From an uncultured Clostridia bacterium (GTDB taxonomy: Bacteria > Bacillota > Clostridia > Christensenellales > CAG-917): a stretch of DNA of 64,000 nt. Below are positions 56,479-64,000 of this stretch, piece after piece (positions within the stretch are counted from its first letter, which is position 1; every line of letters begins with the position of its first letter). The DNA lies in assembly GCA_947165815.1 (NCBI GenBank), contig CAMVBZ010000001.1, positions 3,633-67,632 on the forward strand, written 5' to 3'. The translations under genes were made by a program, and so were the position numbers. Under the pieces are notes generated by a model that was not told where the DNA came from, did not search any database, and was given only the letters and a program-made list of their open reading frames with translations.

Positions 56479-56596
56479 TCTTGGTGACTCCTTATTATAA
56501 AATTGCATTAACAATTTTAAATTTTTACGAAATTTTATCACGATAACATATAATAGGTCAACCGATAAAAAAGCATTTTCATAGTATTTTATCTAT

Positions 56597-56623
56597 GAAA
56601 AAAGCCAGCAACGAATTACTGGC
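56597..56623 (-). terminator. Rho-independent terminator after the S58 peptidase gene
   Basis: Minus-strand GCCAG-TAATTCGTTG-CTGGC followed by TTTTTTCA. Confidence 0.6.
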
Positions 56624-56651
56624 CTGAAATTTAAATTTTTATAAGGCTAAT

Positions 56652-57584
56652 TTATTCTTCTTCAGAGTATTCTACTTCGTATCCAATTCCACTTTTTGCT
56701 GCATTAATAATAGCCAACTCTACTGCTCTTGCTGCTGCAGCTTGAACCATCATAATATTAACAACAGGTTTACTTCCAACACTACATGCAAAGAGTGTGT
56801 CTCCATCATAATCTGTATGTACTGGTTTAATTGCTCTAGCAAATCCATCATGAGCACAAGAGGCTATATTGTTACATTGTGTCTTGGTCAATTTTGCATC
56901 CGTAACTACACATCCAATAGTTGTATTACTGCCTTTGACAATGTCTAAAAGATGTCCATCCTCTACCCATTTTTCTGTATTAAAGAATGAACCATCGGAA
57001 TTTTTAGCACCAGATATTATCTTGCCATCTTCATAAACATCTCCTAGTGCATTTACACAAACGAAAGCCGTAACATTTATTCCAGCAACCTTGATTGTTG
57101 CCATTCCAAAACCAGTTTTTGAAGCATACTTTAAACCACGTATTTTACCACAAGTGGCACCTTTACCGACTCCTTCTTGTCCATTAAGTGCCGATTCTGT
57201 CATTGCAGCCTCACATGCTTTATATCCCATTTGGGCATCTGGATAGTGGTAATCTTTATCATTAAGGTCAAATATAACAGCCTCTGTAACAATAGGAACT
57301 ATCTTTCCGCCAGCGGCCTTAAACCCCCACTTCTTATCCTTGCAAAACTCCATAACTCCAATGGATGCAGCAAGGCCATATGCACTACCACCAGATAGTA
57401 CAACAGCATTAACTTCTTGGACACTCTTCTCACTCTTTAACAAGTCTGTTTCTCTTGTCCCTGGAGCACCACCTCTTACATCTACACCGCAAGTTGCACC
57501 TTTTGGAAATAACAAAACTGTACATCCTGTGTACTCATCATTTGCTGAACCTATTTTAACATTTTTTGGTATAACTACTTTCAT
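56652..57584 (-). CDS. P1/S58 family peptidase (DmpA/BapA-like aminopeptidase)
   Basis: GCTVLLFPKGATCGVDVRGGAPGTRETDLL and the SNTTIGCVVTDAKL self-cleavage-type region. Confidence 0.75.
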   Translation of the reverse strand: MKVVIPKNVKIGSANDEYTGCTVLLFPKGATCGVDVRGGAPGTRETDLLKSEKSVQEVNAVVLSGGSAYGLAASIGVMEFCKDKKWGFKAAGGKIVPIVTEAVIFDLNDKDYHYPDAQMGYKACEAAMTESALNGQEGVGKGATCGKIRGLKYASKTGFGMATIKVAGINVTAFVCVNALGDVYEDGKIISGAKNSDGSFFNTEKWVEDGHLLDIVKGSNTTIGCVVTDAKLTKTQCNNIASCAHDGFARAIKPVHTDYDGDTLFACSVGSKPVVNIMMVQAAAARAVELAIINAAKSGIGYEVEYSEEE

Positions 57585-58519
57585 TCTGAATCCTTTAATA
57601 AATCCTCTATTGTTGTTTGTTTATATACAACATATTTGTCGAAGAATTTCACCATGTCTTCCATTGCTTGCTCTTTGCATACATCATTATGAACTTCATG
57701 ACGAACACCTTCATATAAATGCAATTCGGTTGGAATACCAACTGAGTTATAGAACTTATTGAGTTTAACCACTTTCTTACCCTTTCCACCGATAGGATCA
57801 TCCGTCCCACAGAACATAGCTATTGGACAAGTTGGAGACAATTTATTCTTTGCCTTTTTTCCATACAACTTTCCCGTTTCTTTTAGCATATAGTAATCAA
57901 AGTTAATGCTCATATCTATTCCAGTCATAGGATCTTCTAAAAATTCCTTTCTGCTTTCTAAATCTTTTACAACCCATTGTGCCTTTCCAGAGTCTCCCTT
58001 GTATCTAAACATTAATGAGGAGGCATTATTTGCAAGTTTTAGTCTTGCTTTACCACAAATAATATGCATTGGCCATAACAAGATCGCACCAGTCGTCATT
58101 AAACCAGCACCCATATATCCTGTGCCTATTAATCCAATGGCTCTACAATCCGTACCTGCTTGTGCAAAAGCTTGTGTTATGAAACTACCATAACTATGTC
58201 CCAAGACAAAGACTGGAAGATTGTATTTTTCTTTAAGATGTTTATAGAACAATAACTCGTCATTTAATGTATCTTTGAAAATGTTCCCTGGGCATCTTCC
58301 CCTATTCTCATCTGTTTCTGTTCTGCCGTGGGCTCTGTGGTCATCCATAAAGACAATATAACCATGCTCGTTAAAATATTTAGCAAGTGGCTCATATCTC
58401 TTTGTGTATTCTGCCATTCCATGAATGATTTGTATAACACCCTTAGGGTCTTTTACATCGTCCATCAATGTGACAAAAATTTCTTTTCCATCGCTTCCTG
58501 GTGTCATGTATTGTTTCAT
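57581..58519 (-). CDS. Alpha/beta hydrolase (lysophospholipase/monoacylglycerol-lipase-like)
   Basis: Nucleophile elbow GHSYGS and HG oxyanion motif IHGMAEY. ATGA overlap with the downstream gene. Confidence 0.75.
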   Translation of the reverse strand: MKQYMTPGSDGKEIFVTLMDDVKDPKGVIQIIHGMAEYTKRYEPLAKYFNEHGYIVFMDDHRAHGRTETDENRGRCPGNIFKDTLNDELLFYKHLKEKYNLPVFVLGHSYGSFITQAFAQAGTDCRAIGLIGTGYMGAGLMTTGAILLWPMHIICGKARLKLANNASSLMFRYKGDSGKAQWVVKDLESRKEFLEDPMTGIDMSINFDYYMLKETGKLYGKKAKNKLSPTCPIAMFCGTDDPIGGKGKKVVKLNKFYNSVGIPTELHLYEGVRHEVHNDVCKEQAMEDMVKFFDKYVVYKQTTIEDLLKDSE

Positions 58520-58622
58520 AATGTTTCCTCTTAGAAAAAATGATACAATAATTATAGCATTGAGATGCTTTATTTTTCAATAAAAGTATTGAAAAAAATA
58601 TAGTTAATGTTATAATTTAGCC

Positions 58623-59213
58623 ATGATAAAGGTTGCAATTGTACTAAATAGCCCATCTCTAACTCGTTTACCAAAAGACGAGGATATCATTATTTGTACA
58701 GATGGTGGCGCAAGATATATAGATGCTCCAGATTATCTTTTAGGAGATATGGATTCTCTAACTGTTGCAAATAAAGCTAAAAATACAATTATTCTTCCTA
58801 CACATAAAGATGTTTCAGATGGCGAGTTTGCAATCCGTTTTGTTGCAGATAAAATCAAACCAGATGAAATACATATCTATGGTATTGCTGGAGGACGAAC
58901 CGACCACATTTTAGGCAACCTTTCACTACTGGCATTGGCCAATGAATTGGGCTATAACGCATATGGCCATGATGATATTCAAGATATATATTTTACTAAC
59001 ACCAACTTATCTATTAAGGCAAAAGAAAACGACACCATATCTATAGTGCCGTTTAGTGGTGATGCTGTTGTTTCAGCCACTGGGCTCGAATATCCTTTAA
59101 ATAATCTTACATTGCCTATTAAAACTACCTTAGGAATTTCCAATGTGGCTATGGAAGAAGATATTAATATATCAGTCCTCAGTGGTAGTGTCTTTGTCTT
59201 CCACACTATCTGA
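58623..59213 (+). CDS. thiN: Thiamine pyrophosphokinase
   Basis: CTDGGA, LLGDMDS, HKDVSDGE, GGRTDHILGN motifs. Confidence 0.85.
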   Translation: MIKVAIVLNSPSLTRLPKDEDIIICTDGGARYIDAPDYLLGDMDSLTVANKAKNTIILPTHKDVSDGEFAIRFVADKIKPDEIHIYGIAGGRTDHILGNLSLLALANELGYNAYGHDDIQDIYFTNTNLSIKAKENDTISIVPFSGDAVVSATGLEYPLNNLTLPIKTTLGISNVAMEEDINISVLSGSVFVFHTI

Positions 59214-60200
59214 TTCTTTTACATTTTCATCCTCAACAACTTTTGTCTCATAATCTCCAGGATTATTATCTTCTATTTCTTCTGGTTCTTCCTCTATTTG
59301 TACACCCTTCTTTCTTCCAACCTTTCCTTCTGCTGCTTTATCTAATACTTGTGTAACAAATGATCTAGATGCAAATAGTAAGCTTCCTAGTGCAATTGCT
59401 ATGGCACCATCTGCAAAAGCAAATGTATTGTATAAGAATCCCCATGCGACAGCGGTGTATCCTTCTTCTGCATACATTCCAAAAGCGAAAATACCACTTC
59501 CAACGTGTGATAAATATCTTAATACTACGGCGAGTATACCACCGAGAACAAATGCTAGAATTGGCATCTTTTTAAACAATCCAATTTCTTTAAATACGCC
59601 TGCAACGCCTATCATTGCAAATGCAAGTGGATAGTCTAATAAGAATTGTAATGGGTGGATAATCCATGGATCTTGTATTGCTTGTAAAATACCATATATG
59701 AAACCAAGTATAAGACCTCTTCTAATTCCAAACATGTATGAATAAATCATTAGTGGAAGAAGAGAAACAAATGTAATTGTTCCGCCTTGAGGCATCTTGA
59801 ATAAGGCAGCATAACTTAGCGCATAACTTAATGCAAGAGATATAGCACCATACGCAATTGTTCTTGTGTCATTATAGTCATTGTGCTTCTTTCCTAGGAA
59901 GAAATAGAAAACAATTATTACTGCAAAAAGAATAACTGCGATAACGGCCATTGCTACCGTGTTAATTCCCTCATAATCTCCAGATGGTTCTATCTCATTC
60001 TTATAGTAAAGAGACATACATACTACGGTTGCTATAATTCCTAATAATAAAAGAACGCCTACTATAATCTTTACAATTTTAGCAGCCTTTTTATGCCCTG
60101 TTGCAGATACTGCAAGTGTAACTGCTGCGCCAACAATTGCAACTAACAATGTTGCCAGTATAGGCCAAAACAAATAATTGATTAATGTGAAATCTGACAT
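59172..60200 (-). CDS. thiT: ThiT/YuaJ-like thiamine transporter with extra N-terminal TM helices and an acidic C-terminal tail
   Basis: Lies immediately downstream of a TPP riboswitch. The core (MPQGGTITFVSLLPLMIYSY...LLDYPLAF) resembles ThiT. I chose the start at ATG 60200 (GGAGGA 8 nt upstream); the longest ORF starts at 60242. Confidence 0.65.
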   Translation of the reverse strand: MSDFTLINYLFWPILATLLVAIVGAAVTLAVSATGHKKAAKIVKIIVGVLLLLGIIATVVCMSLYYKNEIEPSGDYEGINTVAMAVIAVILFAVIIVFYFFLGKKHNDYNDTRTIAYGAISLALSYALSYAALFKMPQGGTITFVSLLPLMIYSYMFGIRRGLILGFIYGILQAIQDPWIIHPLQFLLDYPLAFAMIGVAGVFKEIGLFKKMPILAFVLGGILAVVLRYLSHVGSGIFAFGMYAEEGYTAVAWGFLYNTFAFADGAIAIALGSLLFASRSFVTQVLDKAAEGKVGRKKGVQIEEEPEEIEDNNPGDYETKVVEDENVKESDSVEDKDTTTED

Positions 60201-60249
60201 AAATAAATCCTCCAACACATTGCTAGAGGACATCATATACAAAATGAAA

Positions 60250-60328
60250 TTATGCTTCCTTACGCGAGTATTAACTCACAAGTTCGAGGGTATAATCTCA
60301 GCCTATTTGGCACCCCTAGCTGTCTGTT
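60250..60328 (-). promoter_or_regulatory. TPP (THI-box) riboswitch
   Basis: Minus-strand CTAGGGGTGCC...GGCTGAGATTATACCCTCGAACTTGTGAGTTAATACTCGCGTAAGGAAGC contains the conserved GGGGTGC, CTGAGA, ACCC and AATAC..GCG..AGGGAA-like elements. The downstream TCCTC...GGAGGA hairpin could sequester the RBS. Confidence 0.75.
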
Positions 60329-60334
60329 GCTCTT

Positions 60335-60364
60335 ATTATAATGTTGCTGTATAAAAAATGTCAA
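60335..60364 (-). promoter_or_regulatory. Promoter of the TPP riboswitch-thiT unit
   Basis: Minus-strand TTGACA (60359-60364), 18-nt spacer, TATAAT (60335-60340). Confidence 0.55.
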
Positions 60365-60385
60365 TAACACAAAAACGCATTTTTA

Positions 60386-60415
60386 TTGACTTATTAAAAT
60401 AATAAACTATATAAT
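60386..60415 (+). promoter_or_regulatory. Promoter of mscL
   Basis: TTGACT (60386-60391), 18-nt spacer, TATAAT (60410-60415). AAGGAG RBS before ATG 60459. Confidence 0.55.
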
Positions 60416-60458
60416 TTTACTATCTAAAACAAAACATTTTTTTAAGGAGATACGTATC

Positions 60459-60986
60459 ATGGCAAAAGAAAAGAAAAAAAGAACTTCCCTTATTAAGGAA
60501 TTCAAAGATTTTATAACACGTGGCAATGTTATGGATTTAGCCGTTGGTATGATTATAGGTGCAGCTTTCACCGCAATCATCACCGCAGTTGTAACAGGTA
60601 TCCTCACTCCTCTTATCAATATGATTCCAGGAACAGGAGACACAAGTGCTCTTATTACAATCCTCAAGGAAGCAGTATATGATGCAGATGGAAACATTGT
60701 CCAAGAAGCAGTTATACTTAACTGGGGTGCAGTAATTTCTGCAATCATCACATTCCTTTGCACAGCTGTTGTATTGTTCTTAATCGTTAAGGCATTCAAC
60801 ACAGTTAAGAAGAGAGGCGAAGCACTCAAAGCAAAAGCAGAAGAAAAGCTTAAGAAAGAACAAGAAGCTGAAGCTCCAGTAGAAGAAGCACCTGCAGCAC
60901 CAGCTGAACCAGTTGAAACAACAGATGATATTCTTAAGGACATTAGAGAATTACTTAAAGCACAACAAGAAAATAAAGTTGAATAA
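60459..60986 (+). CDS. mscL: Large-conductance mechanosensitive channel MscL with an extended charged C-terminus
   Basis: FKDFITRGNVMDLAVGMIIGAAFTAII is canonical for MscL. 175 aa. Confidence 0.9.
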   Translation: MAKEKKKRTSLIKEFKDFITRGNVMDLAVGMIIGAAFTAIITAVVTGILTPLINMIPGTGDTSALITILKEAVYDADGNIVQEAVILNWGAVISAIITFLCTAVVLFLIVKAFNTVKKRGEALKAKAEEKLKKEQEAEAPVEEAPAAPAEPVETTDDILKDIRELLKAQQENKVE

Positions 60987-61010
60987 TTCGTTTAATGATT
61001 AAAAAATTAA

Positions 61011-61046
61011 AAGAGCCTGACCTAAAAAATCAGACTCTTTTATTTA
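61011..61046. terminator. Bidirectional terminator between mscL and the convergent gene
   Basis: AAGAGCCTGA-CCTAAAAAA-TCAGACTCTT (one mismatch) followed by TTATTTAT. Confidence 0.65.
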
Positions 61047-61064
61047 TCCCCTCTTATCTAAGTT

Positions 61065-61715
61065 TTATTTTAATTCTTCGTAGTCTACAACTATTCCACT
61101 TTCCAATGTTTTAATAGTATCTGGTGTTTTATCTACTTGTCTCATTAATACAAATTTATCCATTAAGAAGACTATAACAAAGTCTGCTGCGGAGTAGATT
61201 ATCATAGACAATGTTGGGCAAATAGATACCCAGAAGCTTTCTTCTGCTGCACCTGCTGCCATAAATCCTTTCTTTAATGCTTCTGCAAGTGGTGCGCCAA
61301 CTAATGTCTCTGCAATGATCAATGCAACAACCATAATTACATAGCCAATGAATGAGAACAATTTGTTACTATTGGACTTAAATGTAGTCTTATAGTTAAG
61401 AACAAAAGATAATACCTTTGCTACAACATTACCTGCTAAGAATCCAATGAATTCATTTAGAGGTTGGTTAAATGCCTTGAATACACCAGCAAATTCTAAT
61501 TGCTTAGTATACCCTGCTGCTCCAAATATCTTAATACACACATTCAAAACAATAATTTGAGATACAAAACAAAGTAAACTCAAGAACATAAATAATATCA
61601 TTTGAAGAATTGCACGATGTTTGTCAAAGAAACCTCTAATGCCAGTTCTTGGAGCATTCATTGCCACAAAATCACTGTAATAAAAATCAGGTTCAAAATT
61701 TTCTTTTTTTCTCAT
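61065..61715 (-). CDS. GtrA-like small polytopic membrane protein (tentative)
   Basis: Four to five TM helices. VLSFVLNYKTTFKSN resembles the GtrA-family N-x-x-x-x-F motif. Weak call. Confidence 0.4.
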   Translation of the reverse strand: MRKKENFEPDFYYSDFVAMNAPRTGIRGFFDKHRAILQMILFMFLSLLCFVSQIIVLNVCIKIFGAAGYTKQLEFAGVFKAFNQPLNEFIGFLAGNVVAKVLSFVLNYKTTFKSNSNKLFSFIGYVIMVVALIIAETLVGAPLAEALKKGFMAAGAAEESFWVSICPTLSMIIYSAADFVIVFLMDKFVLMRQVDKTPDTIKTLESGIVVDYEELK

Positions 61716-61801
61716 AATCTCCCCATTAAAAACAAAAAACTACTAAATATTTTAAGTGTTTAATAAAACTATGTCAATATTAGTAAAAATTATAAGCATA
61801 G

Positions 61802-61830
61802 TTGACTATTAGAATAATATTCTATATTAT
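61802..61830 (+). promoter_or_regulatory. Promoter placed so that the antiporter mRNA would be leaderless
   Basis: TTGACT (61802-61807), 17-nt spacer, TATTAT (61825-61830). ATG 61838 lies 8 nt downstream, with no Shine-Dalgarno sequence. Confidence 0.45.
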
Positions 61831-61837
61831 TTTCTAT

Positions 61838-62944
61838 ATGGAATGGTTTGTTTGTATATCCTTACTAATTGTAGGGCTCATTTTGATTATAAAAGGCGGA
61901 GATTGGTTCGTAGATGCAGCAAGTTGGATTGCTGAAGTTAGTGGCATACCACGTTTTATTATTGGTGCCACAATAGTTTCTCTCGCAACCACACTCCCTG
62001 AAATTTTAGTTTCATGTATTGGCGCAGCCGAAGGAAATATCGGTTTAGCTATTGGTAATGCTGTAGGTTCTGTAAATGCGAACTTGGGATTAATACTAGG
62101 TATATCTATTATTGCTGCACCTGCAATTATGGATAGAAAAAAGAACTGGCCAAAAACAGTTATGTTAATAATTGCAATTGCAATGCTCTTTATCTTCTGT
62201 ATGACTGGTGGAGACAAAGTAACTCATACAGGAACACTAGTACTATGGCAAGCCATTTTAGTTATTTTAGTCTTTGCTGCATTCTTTATAGAAAACTTCA
62301 TCTCAATTAGAAAGGAAGCTGTAGCTAACGGAGAAGTTACAAAAGATAGAAAACTTAAGTTCAATAATGATCCTGTACAACTTGATAACGGTTTTACCTT
62401 TAAATACGACAGCCAAATCGGTGGAAACCACAAATTCTTAGACCCACAAAAAGATCCTAAAACCATAGCAATAAACATGGTTAAATTCGTGCTCGGAGCT
62501 GCCTTTATTATCGGTGGTGCCCTACACTTAAATAAATATGGTCAACAACTCGCAGAAATGCTAGGCGTACCTTCTGATATCATTGGTGTAACTATTGTCG
62601 CAGTTGGAACTTCCCTTCCAGAACTTGCCACAGCTATTACATCTATTATAAAGAAAAAGAGTGATATGTCTGCTGGTAATATTATTGGTGCAAATATCAT
62701 AGATATTACACTTATTCTACCTCTTTGTGCATTCATAGGTGGTGGTTCACTTCCAGTAGATGCCCAAACTATCGTTCTAGACCTCCCATTCTGTCTTGCT
62801 GTTTCTTCCTTTGCTTTAATACCAGCATTAATATTTGGTAAGTTCAAACGTTGGCAAGGATATATTATGCTGGCTGGTTATGTTGTCTATATATTGCTAT
62901 TAGTATTAAACGTAGAGTCCGTTGGTGTAATCCATATATTCTAA
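61838..62944 (+). CDS. Ca2+/Na+ antiporter (CaCA family, YrbG-like)
   Basis: Two alpha-repeats: GDWFVDAASWIAEVSGIPRFIIGATIVSLATTLPE and GVTIVAVGTSLPELATAI. The ORF track starts at TTG 61802, which I read as the -35 box instead. Confidence 0.8.
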   Translation: MEWFVCISLLIVGLILIIKGGDWFVDAASWIAEVSGIPRFIIGATIVSLATTLPEILVSCIGAAEGNIGLAIGNAVGSVNANLGLILGISIIAAPAIMDRKKNWPKTVMLIIAIAMLFIFCMTGGDKVTHTGTLVLWQAILVILVFAAFFIENFISIRKEAVANGEVTKDRKLKFNNDPVQLDNGFTFKYDSQIGGNHKFLDPQKDPKTIAINMVKFVLGAAFIIGGALHLNKYGQQLAEMLGVPSDIIGVTIVAVGTSLPELATAITSIIKKKSDMSAGNIIGANIIDITLILPLCAFIGGGSLPVDAQTIVLDLPFCLAVSSFALIPALIFGKFKRWQGYIMLAGYVVYILLLVLNVESVGVIHIF

Positions 62945-62953
62945 GAGGTGCTT

Positions 62954-64000
62954 ATGAAAAAAACTTTTTGGCTGATAATTATGTTTTGTCTTTGTTTGTG
63001 CATTTTTGTAGCATGTAACAAAGAACAACCTTTTGAGAAATTAACATTCTCTGCTTCAAATGGTGAGGATACTTATGAATTTGTTGTTGAGGATGCATCT
63101 CACTATACATATACACACACATGGGTAAATGGATACAACAAAACTGTTACAGTTAATAAAGGTTCATATGTGAATGATGGAAAGGTTTATACCAGAACAC
63201 CTGAATCTGAACATGTTTATGATTACTTCTTTGATTTTGAAACACCAGTTCACTCATATGAAAATGACGTTTCTTATGATTCAAAACACTACGCTCAAAT
63301 TTTAACAGATAGAGTTATAGCTGTTGATGATGGAAATAGACCAGTTGCTTTAAACGGATCATCTGGCGTTGATGATGCAAATATTATATGCATATATAAT
63401 AAAGAAAGAAGAAGTTTAGTAGATTCAAAAGTCGCATTAAATGCCACAAAGGAAGATGTTGCAAAATCTCTAAACCTTAGAATCATTTATGGAGACCTAT
63501 ACACCAACCATATCGCTCTCACATCGTTCAACATTGGAGATATAGACACATCCACAACTGGACCTAAGAGTGTACGTATTAATTACTATGGCAAGTCCTA
63601 TGATGCTATTATTGAGGTTGTTGAAGTAGGCTTAGATAAGAAAATGGATATATCTGGATTGCAAAGTTTAGTTTCTAGAGGGACCTCTGCCAGAGACTAT
63701 GTTAGAGACCAAAAAATTATCTATGATGGAAGAGAGATTAGTTTGACATCTAGTATGATAAAGAACTTCTTCACAAACGATATTGGCATCTCAACTTTCA
63801 CAGTTGAATATAATGGCATAAGCGCAGAAAAGAATATTAAAGTCTATGATCCTAATGCACAGGCTGTATATGACAGAATAGTAGGAATTGAATTTGCAGA
63901 AGGTAAAGGCGTATATAATCCAGTCGATACAAAAACCTCAACAACGAACCCGGCAAATTATATTAAATCAATATTATTATTAAAGAACAATGGTGAAATT
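62954..64000 (+). CDS. Lipoprotein, 3'-partial (runs off the window), Ig-like repeat flavour
   Basis: My own translation from ATG 62954 (AAGAGGTG RBS) gives MKKTFWLIIMFCLCLCIFVACNKEQ with lipobox FVAC and no stop through nt 64000. Absent from the ORF track because it is open-ended. Confidence 0.7.
   Translation, partial: MKKTFWLIIMFCLCLCIFVACNKEQPFEKLTFSASNGEDTYEFVVEDASHYTYTHTWVNGYNKTVTVNKGSYVNDGKVYTRTPESEHVYDYFFDFETPVHSYENDVSYDSKHYAQILTDRVIAVDDGNRPVALNGSSGVDDANIICIYNKERRSLVDSKVALNATKEDVAKSLNLRIIYGDLYTNHIALTSFNIGDIDTSTTGPKSVRINYYGKSYDAIIEVVEVGLDKKMDISGLQSLVSRGTSARDYVRDQKIIYDGREISLTSSMIKNFFTNDIGISTFTVEYNGISAEKNIKVYDPNAQAVYDRIVGIEFAEGKGVYNPVDTKTSTTNPANYIKSILLLKNNGEI

Noticed and set aside
60407-60943. 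178-aa minus-strand ORF opposite mscL
   Set aside because: The plus-strand frame encodes a canonical MscL with promoter and RBS. The antisense ORF is A/S/T-rich with no signals.
1-64000. Alternative genetic code (TGA=Trp, Mollicutes code 4)
   Set aside because: TGA terminates two well-formed genes in ATGA overlaps (35136, 57581). Trp is encoded by TGG in conserved positions. Code-11 ORFs tile the window without gaps.
1-64000. CRISPR arrays, IS elements, rRNA genes, prophage or defence-system genes
   Set aside because: Reading both strands by eye, I found no regularly spaced direct repeats, no transposase-like ORFs or terminal inverted repeats, and no rRNA-like sequence.

Overview
AT-rich, gene-dense bacterial chromosome segment. 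It uses the standard genetic code: TGA acts as a stop in the ATGA gene overlaps at 35136 and 57581, and Trp is encoded by TGG. Gene content looks like low-GC Bacillota or a Mollicutes-like lineage (inference). There are many lipoproteins with L-x-x-C lipoboxes, a BMP-type nucleoside ABC importer with xpt, HU, TypA, MscL/MscS, and a thiamine salvage pair behind a TPP riboswitch. The flanks (1-5.9 kb and 38-64 kb) are ordinary housekeeping and transport genes. The centre (about 5.9-37.9 kb, all on the minus strand, ending beside a tRNA-Val) is a roughly 32 kb accessory block, and I consider it the candidate novel system. In transcription order it encodes: a LytS-type histidine kinase; an unknown 431-aa soluble protein; a REC-wHTH response regulator; a 1609-aa MBG-repeat lipoprotein; a VirD4/TraG-type coupling ATPase; a 4052-aa membrane-anchored giant protein with Calx-beta-like and Ig-like modules and a large internal tandem duplication; a 99-aa two-TM pilin-like protein; a lipoprotein; a VirB6-like polytopic protein; a VirB4-type ATPase with a fused VirB3-like N-terminus; and an 1142-aa soluble protein. 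I see no relaxase, recombinase, cell-wall hydrolase or att repeat. A 36-nt element (35/36 identical) sits in front of both sub-operons. It carries 11-bp-phased TTGTAAT repeats and an extended -10 but no -35, which suggests control by the embedded two-component system. The two unknown soluble proteins share a roughly 80-aa homologous module. All functional calls rest on motifs read by eye; no database search was possible.
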